From an uncultured Opitutia bacterium (GTDB lineage Bacteria > Verrucomicrobiota > Verrucomicrobiia > Opitutales > UBA953): a stretch of 31,498 nt of DNA. The translations under genes were made by a program, and so were the position numbers. Under the pieces are notes generated by a model. That model did not search any database and was not told where the DNA came from. It worked only from the letters and a program-made list of their open reading frames with translations. Each line of letters starts with the position of its first letter. The stretch's first letter is position 1. The DNA is taken from NCBI GenBank assembly GCA_903910245.1, contig CAIVYX010000008.1, forward strand, positions 1 to 31,498, in the 5' to 3' direction. Below are positions 1 through 8,451 of this stretch, piece after piece.

Positions 1-240
1 CGCGACCGAGTGATCGCTTCGCTTGCGAAGTACCACATTCCCTACACCGATGATGAGGCGTCGGATTCGCTGACCACGAAGCTCTCGCAGTTCTACGCTG
101 ATCGCACCTTGACTAAGAACCCCATCACCCCCGCCGACCAGGCCGAAGCCTACTTCCTCCTCGTGACCAACCGCCTCAGCAAGACGACCGGACAGGTCAT
201 CACCGTAGACGGCGGCCTCCACGAAGCGTTCCTGCGCTGA
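1..240 (+). CDS. C-terminal fragment of an SDR-domain protein, probably the bifunctional rhamnulose-1-phosphate aldolase/short-chain dehydrogenase (5' truncated by window)
   Basis: Frame is open from base 1. It ends ...RTLTKNPITPADQAEAYFLLVTNRLSKTTGQVITVDGGLHEAFLR*. The TTGQVITVDGG SDR tail followed by AFLR* is typical of this bifunctional family. Confidence 0.65.
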   Translation, partial: RDRVIASLAKYHIPYTDDEASDSLTTKLSQFYADRTLTKNPITPADQAEAYFLLVTNRLSKTTGQVITVDGGLHEAFLR

Positions 241-380
241 TCCTGTGCGCGTCTCCCTCTTCGCCCCTTGCTTCGTCGACCAGCTGCCCCCCCAGGTAGG
301 CTTGGCGACAGCCAAGGTATTGAAGCGCATCGGAGCCCACGGCCCGAAGGAACTCTATCTAGTGCTCATCGGTTAAGCCC

Positions 381-3300
381 ATGCGCCTCGCTGCCTCCCT
401 CAGCCTATCCGTCGCTTTATTCGCGGCACTCGGCGCCGAGGTGAAGCCTTTCAGATGGTCAGGCCAGCTCAACGTCCCTGACCCCACCTCCTGTACGCTC
501 GATGAGGCGGGTAACGTCTACGTGGCGTCTACGACGCGACGGAAAGCCGGCGACCTCGATATCCGCGAGCATTCCATATGGATTCCCGACGACGTCGGCC
601 TGACTTCCCCTCAAGAGAAGCTGGCGTTCTTTCAGCGTGAACTGGCGCCCGGCAAGTTGAAGGCCCCGCGCGGCGGACTCAAGGACCACAACAAGGATGG
701 TTCGATCGACTGGAATGACCTCACGGTCCCGAAGGAGACTATCTATAAGCTCAGCGACTCCGATCGTGACGGTGTCGCTGACAAAATCACGATTTTCGCG
801 GACGGCTTCAACTCGCCCATCTCCGGCATCGCCGCTGGGGTCATGTACTTCGATGGCTGGGTCTACGTCACCGCCATCCCCGACGTCTGGCGTCTCAAGG
901 ATACCGACGGTGACGGCGTGGCCGACGTGAAGGAACTCGTCGCCACGGGTTTCGGCAGCCACATCGCCTACGCCGGCCATGACATGCACGGCCTGCGCCT
1001 CGGCCCAGACGGCCGCATTTATTGGAGCATCGGTGACAAAGGATTAAACGTCACCAGTAAGGAAGGAAAGAAGTTCACCTATCCCCACCAAGGTGCCGTC
1101 GTTCGATGTGAGCCCGACGGAACGAATTTCGAGGTCTTCGCTCACGGCGTGCGCAACATTCAGGAGATCGCCTTCGACGATTTAGGTAACATCATCGGGG
1201 TCGACAACGATGCCGACCAACCCAAGGAGCGGGAGCGCCTTGTCTATTTACTCGAAGGCTCCGACTCTGGCTGGCGCAATCAACATCAATACCAGAAGAG
1301 CGAAAGTCGTTGGATCAAGGAAAGTATGTGGATGCCGAAAGGTGCGGCCGACCAGCCGCTCTTCATCACCCCGCCGATCGCCAACTACTCAGACGGTCCT
1401 GCCGGCTTCCTGCGCGAACCTGGCCACGCCCTGGACGGCGACCTCCGTGGCCGATTCTTTCTCGATCAGTTCCCAAAGGGTAAGATGGACGCCTTTACCT
1501 TGGAAACCGATCAAGATTCTTTCCGCCAGACCAACCTCCAAGTCGTCACCAGCGGCATCATGGGCATCGGCATGGCCTGGGGCACCGACGGTCGCGCCTA
1601 CTTCGCCGACTGGATCGGCGGCTACCCGCTCGACGGCAAAGGTGCGATCTGGCGCTTCGACGTGGCTCCGAACATCGACAAGACGTCCGAGCAGATTCTG
1701 TCCAAGCCCTTTTCGGTCGCCGTCCCCAAGGACGAACTGCTGGGGCTGCTAGGTCATCGCGATCAACGCGTGCGTGTGAATGCTTCGATTCGTCTCGATC
1801 GCCTAGGAGCCTGGGATGACATGCTCGCCTTGGCCAAGAAACCAGAGGCCACCCGCTTCGCCCGCATCCACGCCATCTGGGGTTACGGCATGGGCGTTCG
1901 TCTCGGCAAGGTCGCCGACGTGACCGCGTCATTGGCCTTGCTCGACGACGCCGACAGCGAGATCCGCGTCCAGGCGCTTAAGGTACTGAGCGAGACCAAG
2001 CCGAACGGCCACCTTATCGCCAAGGCCGCCGACCAGCTCGCCCACAAAGATTTCCGTGTTCGCATCCAGGCCGGGCTTACCTTGGGCAAACTGGGCGGCA
2101 AAGTCCCGTTCGACGCCTTCCTTCAGGACCCCGATGCTGACCTCATCCTGCCTTGGCTTCGTCACGGCCTGGTCAGCGGACTCGCCGGCACGCAATCAGC
2201 AGAAGAACTCTTGGCTCAAGCCCAATCCGAATCTGGTGCCAAGGCCACTTTCGCTACGCTGGCGCTCGTTCGGCAGAAATCTCCCTTGCTCGGGAAACTC
2301 CTCCATCACGCCAACCCCGATGTCGTCAATGAAGCCGCCCGGGCGATCCATGACGATAAAGGGATCCCTGCCGCCGTTGGCGCCCTAGCCTCAGCCTTCG
2401 GGCGACCCACGCTGCCTTTGCAGGCGGCCCGGCGCGCTCTTAACGCCAATTTGCGCCAAGGCGACGAAGCCGCCCTATCCCGACTTCTGGAATGGACGCT
2501 GAAGCAGCCGGAAGGCGCTCCGCTCCGCAGCGAAGCATTTAAGGCCTTACTGGCCTTCGACCAGCCTCCGGACCTCGACCTCGTCGACGGTACTGCGAAG
2601 CAGTATGCGGCTCGCGACAAGGCCACGATCGCCCGCGTCCTTCAGTTCCGCCAGGCCGACCTGCTCTTGCTCCAGAAACCTGCGGAACGCGCCGCCGTCC
2701 TCGAGCTGATGGTGAAATATGAGTTGGACCTGCCCTTCCCGATCCTCCTCGCGCTGGCGGAAGACCTCAAAGCTGCTCCCGGGGTCCGCCTGCAGACGTT
2801 GCGCCTGCTTGGACGCAAGTCCATTGAACCCGCCGCGATCATCCGCACGCTCCGCTCTGCCGCGGGTGAAGGTAATCCCTCCGAGGTCCGGATCGAAGTT
2901 GTCGACCAGCTCTTTTATCGGGATGCGACCGCGGCCTTGGAAGTCGCTCGCCTAATCATCGATTCAAAGTCGGCCAAGATCCCCGAGAAACAGGCCGTGG
3001 TGGCCGCGCTCCGCGGCCGCAATGATGCCAGCTCGGTCAAGCTCTTGCAGGAACTCGTGGACCGCCTTGCCGTTCGCAAGCTCGACGCCGGCCTTAAGTT
3101 GGATGTCTACATACTCGCCCGCGAATCTAGTTCGGCCGATGTCGCCGCTGCGCTCAAGAAGTACCTCGCCGTCACTCCTAAAGGTGGCTTGAAGATGGCC
3201 TCGCCCGAGATTCCCTACGAACTCCTCACCGAGGGCGGTGACGTGACCCGTGGCAAAGCCATCATTAACGGCCATCTCAGCGCCAATTGTATCGCCTGCC

Positions 3301-3686
3301 ACCGCGTCGACTCTGATGAAGGTAGCGAAGTCGGTCCCAGCCTCAGGAAGGTCGGCGCTGAGCGTACTAAGCTCGAAATCGCCGAATCGATGGTCGAACC
3401 CTCTGCCAAGATCGTGCCAGGCTTCGGCATCGAAACCATCGTGCTCAAAGATGGAACGACCCTCGCGGGAAGCGTTACGAAGGAAAGTCCCAAGTCCATC
3501 GATGTGAAATTGGCAGACGGTAAGACCCAGAAAGTCTCCATCGCTGTAATTGCCTCACGTGCCCCTCCAATCTCCGTGATGCCGCCCATGCTGGGCATCC
3601 TTACGCCCGAAGAGATTCGCGACGTGGTTGCCTACCTTGCTGGACTGAAACCGAAGACAGCCAAGGCCCCCAAGACGAAGAAATAG
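381..3686 (+). CDS. PVC-type heme-binding (CxxCH) protein: signal peptide, dehydrogenase-like beta-propeller, HEAT-like repeats, C-terminal cytochrome c (1101 aa)
   Basis: Hydrophobic N-terminus (MRLAASLSLSVALFAALGA). Propeller motifs DTDGDGVAD, HDMHGLRLGPDGRIYWSIGD and HGVRN. HEAT-like RVRVNASIRL and RVRIQAGLTLGKL. Heme motif NCIACH then GPSL, with likely distal Met in SVMPPM. Confidence 0.85.
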   Translation: MRLAASLSLSVALFAALGAEVKPFRWSGQLNVPDPTSCTLDEAGNVYVASTTRRKAGDLDIREHSIWIPDDVGLTSPQEKLAFFQRELAPGKLKAPRGGLKDHNKDGSIDWNDLTVPKETIYKLSDSDRDGVADKITIFADGFNSPISGIAAGVMYFDGWVYVTAIPDVWRLKDTDGDGVADVKELVATGFGSHIAYAGHDMHGLRLGPDGRIYWSIGDKGLNVTSKEGKKFTYPHQGAVVRCEPDGTNFEVFAHGVRNIQEIAFDDLGNIIGVDNDADQPKERERLVYLLEGSDSGWRNQHQYQKSESRWIKESMWMPKGAADQPLFITPPIANYSDGPAGFLREPGHALDGDLRGRFFLDQFPKGKMDAFTLETDQDSFRQTNLQVVTSGIMGIGMAWGTDGRAYFADWIGGYPLDGKGAIWRFDVAPNIDKTSEQILSKPFSVAVPKDELLGLLGHRDQRVRVNASIRLDRLGAWDDMLALAKKPEATRFARIHAIWGYGMGVRLGKVADVTASLALLDDADSEIRVQALKVLSETKPNGHLIAKAADQLAHKDFRVRIQAGLTLGKLGGKVPFDAFLQDPDADLILPWLRHGLVSGLAGTQSAEELLAQAQSESGAKATFATLALVRQKSPLLGKLLHHANPDVVNEAARAIHDDKGIPAAVGALASAFGRPTLPLQAARRALNANLRQGDEAALSRLLEWTLKQPEGAPLRSEAFKALLAFDQPPDLDLVDGTAKQYAARDKATIARVLQFRQADLLLLQKPAERAAVLELMVKYELDLPFPILLALAEDLKAAPGVRLQTLRLLGRKSIEPAAIIRTLRSAAGEGNPSEVRIEVVDQLFYRDATAALEVARLIIDSKSAKIPEKQAVVAALRGRNDASSVKLLQELVDRLAVRKLDAGLKLDVYILARESSSADVAAALKKYLAVTPKGGLKMASPEIPYELLTEGGDVTRGKAIINGHLSANCIACHRVDSDEGSEVGPSLRKVGAERTKLEIAESMVEPSAKIVPGFGIETIVLKDGTTLAGSVTKESPKSIDVKLADGKTQKVSIAVIASRAPPISVMPPMLGILTPEEIRDVVAYLAGLKPKTAKAPKTKK

Positions 3687-3697
3687 GCTCTGCGGGG

Positions 3698-3731
3698 TTG
3701 AGTCGGTCACGGGATGATGTGATAAAGCGCC
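3698..3731 (+). promoter_or_regulatory. Putative promoter directly abutting the start codon (leaderless-type)
   Basis: TTGAGT at 3698-3703 and (T)GATAAA at about 3720-3726. ATG is at 3732, 34 nt after the first T. No Shine-Dalgarno. Confidence 0.4.
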
Positions 3732-5948
3732 ATGCTGCTTCGCCTACTGCTGCTTACCCCGCTGCTGGCCTTTGCCCAACCATCCCTCGTTGCTGATTGG
3801 CAGAAGCAGTACGATGCATGGTATTGGCCCGCCCAGATGGCCCGACCGGAGAATGTCCGCTGGTCTGATTCGGGTCGTCTGATGCTCTACTCTTCGCGCG
3901 AGAGCTCAGGACAGGCCTGGAAACTGGCGGATTGCGTAACGGGGCAGGTCCGGCCGGCGTTTGACCATGAGAAAGTGGCGGCAGCTTTGATCGAACTTAC
4001 CAAGAACAAGGTGACATCGAAGAAATGGCCGTTCACCCGAGTCATTGCACTGGACGACGGACGCGTGCGTCTCGAATCCGACACCGAAGCCTGGGTCGTC
4101 GAAGCCAATCAAAGGCTTACCCCATCGCAACCGGGCAAGAAGACCGACGACGCGACGCCTGAGAAATCCAGCAAAGGTCCCGGCGAATCCAAGCGCCTGT
4201 CGTCGTCGAAGGTTCGCGCCGAATCTCCGACCGGCGAACACAAGGTGGAACTCCGCGGCGGTGACGTCGTCCTGATCGACCTTAAGAAAGCCAACACCGA
4301 GACCCGGCTCACCCAAGACGGCATCGAGGGCAAGGACGGATGGGTCGGCCCGGTCAGCTGGTCGCCCGATGGTAGGCATTTCGCTCTCTGGCGCGAACGC
4401 ACGGTCCCGGTTCGCCAATACCTCGTCACGGATTCCGTGAAGGAGACCAAGAAGCCGATGTCCTACGACAAGCCAGGAGACGATCGCACGGAACGCATTC
4501 CTTGGGTCTTCTCGGTCGACGGAAAATCTTCCGGCCGCCCATCGACCGACGTACTCCCGCTTTCACATACGACCGACCGTCTCGATTGGTCGGCCGACTC
4601 CAAGCGCCTGCTTTCCGAATTCATCAAGCGGGGCTTCACTGGACACGGCATCATCGAATATGACAGCGATCGTCGTTCTTGGCGCCGTCTGCTCACCGAA
4701 GAAGACCCTAAATTCGTCCACACCTACGCGACGCGCTACCGTTACGACTTGAATGAGGGCCGCACGCTCTGGCTTTCGGAACGCAGCGGCTGGCTCCAGC
4801 TGTACTTGGTTGACCTGAAATCCGGGAAGACGCTGGCCGCCGTCACTTCAGGCCCTTGGGTGATGAAAGAAGTCATCAAGGTCGACGAAAAAGAAGGCGC
4901 GATAACCTTCATCGCCCTTGGCCGCATTCCTGGGGAGAACCCCTACCACCAACATTTCTGCAAGGTCGGCCTAGATGGACGAGGCTTCGTCGATTTAACC
5001 CCTTCTGTCGGCCACCATGAAGCAATCTTCTCACCCGATCGACGCACCCTCATCGACATATCTTCCCGCGTCGACCAAGCGCCTACCTATACCCTTCGCA
5101 GCGGCATCGACGGGCGTGCCATCGCCACCCTGGCCTCTGGGGACCTCAACCCCCTGAAGAAGGCTGGCTGGACGCCCGCCATGCCCTTCGTCGCCAAGGA
5201 TCGCGACGGTAAGACGGATATTTGGGGCGTCGTCACGCGCCCATACCCTTTCGACTCCAAGAAGAAATATCCGGTCATCGAGAATATCTACGCCGGCCCA
5301 CATGGCTCCTTCGCTCCGCGATCCTTCAATTGGTGGCATCGAAATCACCGTGAGCTGTCCATGCTCGGCTTCTACGTCGTCCAAATGGACGGTCGTGGCA
5401 CCAGCAACCGCGGCAAGGAGTTCCATCAAGTCAGCTGGCGCAACCTCAAGGACGGCGGTTTCCCGGACCGTATCGCCTGGATCAAGGCCCTCGCCAAGTT
5501 CGAACCCAACATGGACATCTCCCGCGTTGGAATCTACGGCGGTTCCGCCGGTGGCCAGAACACCGCCCACGCCTTGCTGTTGCACGGCGAATTCTACAAG
5601 GCCGGCGCGGCCGACTGTGGCTGTTACGATAATCGTATCGATAAGCTCTGGTGGAACGAGCAGTGGCTAGGCTACCCGGTCGGGCCTTGGTACGAGGAGA
5701 ACTCGTGCGCGCGTTACGCTGCCAACCTCCGCGGGCGGCTCTTCCTTTCCGTCGGTGAAGCCGACACCAACGTCGACGTGAAATGCAGCTACGATTTCCG
5801 CGACGCCTTGCTCGCCGCAGGCAAGAAAGACCAGTTCGAGTTCCACGTCGTCTCGGGGGCCAATCATGGGGCCGGCGAGTCCAACGAGATGCGCGAGAAA
5901 CGTGCACGTTTCTTCGAGTCCGCCCTCGGTAAGCCCCTCCCCCTCTGA
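3732..5948 (+). CDS. Secreted S9-family (DPP IV-like/prolyl oligopeptidase) serine peptidase
   Basis: Signal peptide. Propeller region with WSPDG/FSPD repeats. Catalytic domain with IYAGP, DGRGTSNRGKEF, nucleophile GIYGGSAGG, Asp in GEADTNV and His in GANHG. Confidence 0.88.
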   Translation: MLLRLLLLTPLLAFAQPSLVADWQKQYDAWYWPAQMARPENVRWSDSGRLMLYSSRESSGQAWKLADCVTGQVRPAFDHEKVAAALIELTKNKVTSKKWPFTRVIALDDGRVRLESDTEAWVVEANQRLTPSQPGKKTDDATPEKSSKGPGESKRLSSSKVRAESPTGEHKVELRGGDVVLIDLKKANTETRLTQDGIEGKDGWVGPVSWSPDGRHFALWRERTVPVRQYLVTDSVKETKKPMSYDKPGDDRTERIPWVFSVDGKSSGRPSTDVLPLSHTTDRLDWSADSKRLLSEFIKRGFTGHGIIEYDSDRRSWRRLLTEEDPKFVHTYATRYRYDLNEGRTLWLSERSGWLQLYLVDLKSGKTLAAVTSGPWVMKEVIKVDEKEGAITFIALGRIPGENPYHQHFCKVGLDGRGFVDLTPSVGHHEAIFSPDRRTLIDISSRVDQAPTYTLRSGIDGRAIATLASGDLNPLKKAGWTPAMPFVAKDRDGKTDIWGVVTRPYPFDSKKKYPVIENIYAGPHGSFAPRSFNWWHRNHRELSMLGFYVVQMDGRGTSNRGKEFHQVSWRNLKDGGFPDRIAWIKALAKFEPNMDISRVGIYGGSAGGQNTAHALLLHGEFYKAGAADCGCYDNRIDKLWWNEQWLGYPVGPWYEENSCARYAANLRGRLFLSVGEADTNVDVKCSYDFRDALLAAGKKDQFEFHVVSGANHGAGESNEMREKRARFFESALGKPLPL

Positions 5949-5950
5949 AC

Positions 5951-6481
5951 ATGTCCAACCCTCATCCTGGCCTGATTGAACTCAAGCTTAACAACGTTGG
6001 CCAGCTATTCAACACCATGGACCCTTCGCCGTTCCATGAGCGTGATCTCGACCATGATGCCGAAGAGTTCATCCTCAGTTGGGCGCGCGAACATGAAAGG
6101 GATTCGGACCTCCGCATTCGCATCGTGCTTCGCCAACCCGAAGATGCGGAATCCGCGCGTTTGGTCAGAGAATCGATCCAGCATTATTTCGGCTATCGCG
6201 CCCGCATCGCTCGCCGCGACCTCGGCGATCTTTTCCGCGAAGGTCGCACGGCGCTACTTATCGGCCTGCTCTTCCTAGCGGCCACCCTCATCTTACGGGA
6301 CCTGATCGCCCCAGGGTATCGACTGGGTGATTTCCTCCGCGAAGGCCTAACGATCTGCGGCTGGGTCGGCCTCTGGAAGCCCATCGACATCCACCTGTAC
6401 CGTTGGTGGCCCCTGCAGGCCCACGGGAGGCTCTTAACGAGGCTTTCGGGCTGCCCTGTCGAGGTCGTCTTTGAGGCCTAA
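5951..6481 (+). CDS. Conserved hypothetical membrane protein (176 aa, about 2 C-terminal hydrophobic segments)
   Basis: Starts 2 nt after the peptidase stop. Contains DPSPFHERDLDHDAEEFI and hydrophobic stretches ALLIGLLFLAATLIL and GLTICGWVGLW. Confidence 0.75.
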   Translation: MSNPHPGLIELKLNNVGQLFNTMDPSPFHERDLDHDAEEFILSWAREHERDSDLRIRIVLRQPEDAESARLVRESIQHYFGYRARIARRDLGDLFREGRTALLIGLLFLAATLILRDLIAPGYRLGDFLREGLTICGWVGLWKPIDIHLYRWWPLQAHGRLLTRLSGCPVEVVFEA

Positions 6482-6522
6482 GAGGTGGCCGCCGCGAGCT
6501 CAATAGGTCGAGTGCGGAGTGG

Positions 6523-6590
6523 GAAATAACGAATTTTTTACGATGAGGCATTGACTGAGAGGGGGGGCTGCCCCAATCCCAACCTTTCGC
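6523..6590 (+). promoter_or_regulatory. Putative promoter: AT-rich upstream tract, TTGACT -35, G7 run in the spacer
   Basis: AAATAACGAATTTTTTA at about 6524-6540, TTGACT at 6551-6556, GGGGGGG at 6561-6567. No convincing -10 box. ATG is at 6591. Confidence 0.4.
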
Positions 6591-8375
6591 ATGCAGAATT
6601 TCGCGAGCCAGTGCCTGGACCAGACCAAGGCCCTCCTCAAACTCAACTTCAACTCCCTTTCAGCCGATGGCACTGTCGTGCCAGTCGAAGGAGAGGTTTC
6701 TCGGGCCGATGAGCCTGGCCACGCCGCCCTCGCCTTTGGGGAATACTTCCGCGCCACTGGGGAACTCCACCTCGACCGTCAGAATATCGCCGAGATTGTC
6801 GCCCGGACGATCACCGCCCAGGTCCGCATCAGTAAAGGCTCCGACAACGGCATGGCCTTCGCCTGCCTCGGACTCCTCGCGTTTGGCCCGACCCGCGAAC
6901 GTAACCCGGTCTGGGAAATCCTCGACGAAGCCACCCGCGCCCTCATCGACGAGCGTCTCGCCATCGAAAATGACCATCATGATCACGTCCAGGCCTTCGA
7001 TATCGCCAAGGCTGTTTGCCGCTTCTCCTTTGGTCTTACCAAGAAGGACGAGACCGGCCCGCTGGTCGATCGTTTCATGGATCGTATCGCCGCCGCCTCT
7101 ACAGGTGGATTTCAAGACGAAGCATCCAAGGGCGCCCACGCCGACAACTTTGGTGGTGCCTTCGATCTGTATGGCGTCGTCTCCCTGATTTTCATCCGCC
7201 AGTCGCTCCAGTTGCACGCCAACATTCAGCTGCGCGACTCCAAGCTGCCTAAGCTGCGCTCGCTGGCCGAGAAATATATCCGCGTCATCATGGACACCGT
7301 CCGCGAAGACGGGCTGGGCTGGTCTTATGGTCGTGGTATCGGCGCCTACGGTCAGATGCACTGCATCACCTTACTCCTGCAGGCCCTGCGCGACCGCTGG
7401 GTGCCGGTCGATAAGGAACCGCTGGCACGTGACCTGGTCCGTCGTCTTTACGCTAATTTCTTTACGACCTTCTTCGACACCGAACACGGGCTAATCATTG
7501 TCCGCGATGCCGAGCGCGACACTATTCCGGGCCATACGACCCGCATGGCCAACTTCGATGCCGCTCGTTATCTCTCCCAGTGGTCGCGCCTCGCCAAGAC
7601 CATTGGCGGCGACCTCGAAGTCGTCAGGCCAGCCAACCGTCTGGCAGTTTGTCGCTTCTTCTCTTTCGACAAGTCCCCGCGCAAGGAACAGGGCCTGCTC
7701 TCCTATCAGGATCCAGCTTCTGGTCTGCACATCATCTTGCCGTTGGTATCTTCCGGTTCGCACCGCTTCTCGGATTCACTGGCCTTCCCGCACATGCCTG
7801 GCGTCTTCGACTGGCCGTCCAATCAGCAGACCAGCCCATTCATTCCGGAATTTACCATCGCTGGTAAGGTCTACACGCCCTCCTTCTACGGAAAAAATGC
7901 CCAGGTCGCCATGGGCATCAAGGCTGGCACGTACCACTTCCGTTACGACCAGCCTGACCTGATTGACCGCGATGAGAAGATTTCCACCAACATCGCCTCC
8001 TTGAAGGTGGATTGGGAATTCAATGGGGGCCGCATCGTCGCCCGCTATACCCTGACTGCCAAGTCCGCTGTCATGCTCGAGGATTTCCGCCTGGTGCTCC
8101 CGATCGCCTCCACGCATTCACGCATGACTCCAGGCAACTCCCTCGTGCTCGGCGCCGAGTCCCATCGCTGCGAAGTGATCAAGGACGACTTCCATGCTAC
8201 CTGGGCTGAGACCAAAGTCGTGAGCGATAGCCCCAAGCACCGTACCTGTTGGGGTAAAGTCCACTTCTACCAGACCTTGCAGCGGGACAAGTCGATGCCC
8301 TTACGCGCCGGCATGACCTACGCCTTTGAAATCGCCTACCAGCCCCACATCGTGCGGGCCGGGGACGCGGCTTGA
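6591..8375 (+). CDS. Hypothetical cytoplasmic protein (594 aa), function unknown
   Basis: Long ORF with gene-like codon use (third positions mostly C/G) filling the space between neighbours. No signal peptide and no motif I can assign. Confidence 0.85.
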   Translation: MQNFASQCLDQTKALLKLNFNSLSADGTVVPVEGEVSRADEPGHAALAFGEYFRATGELHLDRQNIAEIVARTITAQVRISKGSDNGMAFACLGLLAFGPTRERNPVWEILDEATRALIDERLAIENDHHDHVQAFDIAKAVCRFSFGLTKKDETGPLVDRFMDRIAAASTGGFQDEASKGAHADNFGGAFDLYGVVSLIFIRQSLQLHANIQLRDSKLPKLRSLAEKYIRVIMDTVREDGLGWSYGRGIGAYGQMHCITLLLQALRDRWVPVDKEPLARDLVRRLYANFFTTFFDTEHGLIIVRDAERDTIPGHTTRMANFDAARYLSQWSRLAKTIGGDLEVVRPANRLAVCRFFSFDKSPRKEQGLLSYQDPASGLHIILPLVSSGSHRFSDSLAFPHMPGVFDWPSNQQTSPFIPEFTIAGKVYTPSFYGKNAQVAMGIKAGTYHFRYDQPDLIDRDEKISTNIASLKVDWEFNGGRIVARYTLTAKSAVMLEDFRLVLPIASTHSRMTPGNSLVLGAESHRCEVIKDDFHATWAETKVVSDSPKHRTCWGKVHFYQTLQRDKSMPLRAGMTYAFEIAYQPHIVRAGDAA

Positions 8376-8451
8376 GGTCGGTTTCCCCGTCCGGCTAGCC
8401 TTCGGGGTTGTCCTAGGCCGTTACCGTGCCCTATTCCTAGGGTATCTTTTC

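Noticed and set aside
8376-8451. T-box or SAM riboswitch before metG; hairpin TGCCCTA-TTCC-TAGGGTA at about 8426-8444
   Set aside because: Only 76 bp are available and there is no T-box or SAM-I consensus. A single short hairpin is not enough to call an element.
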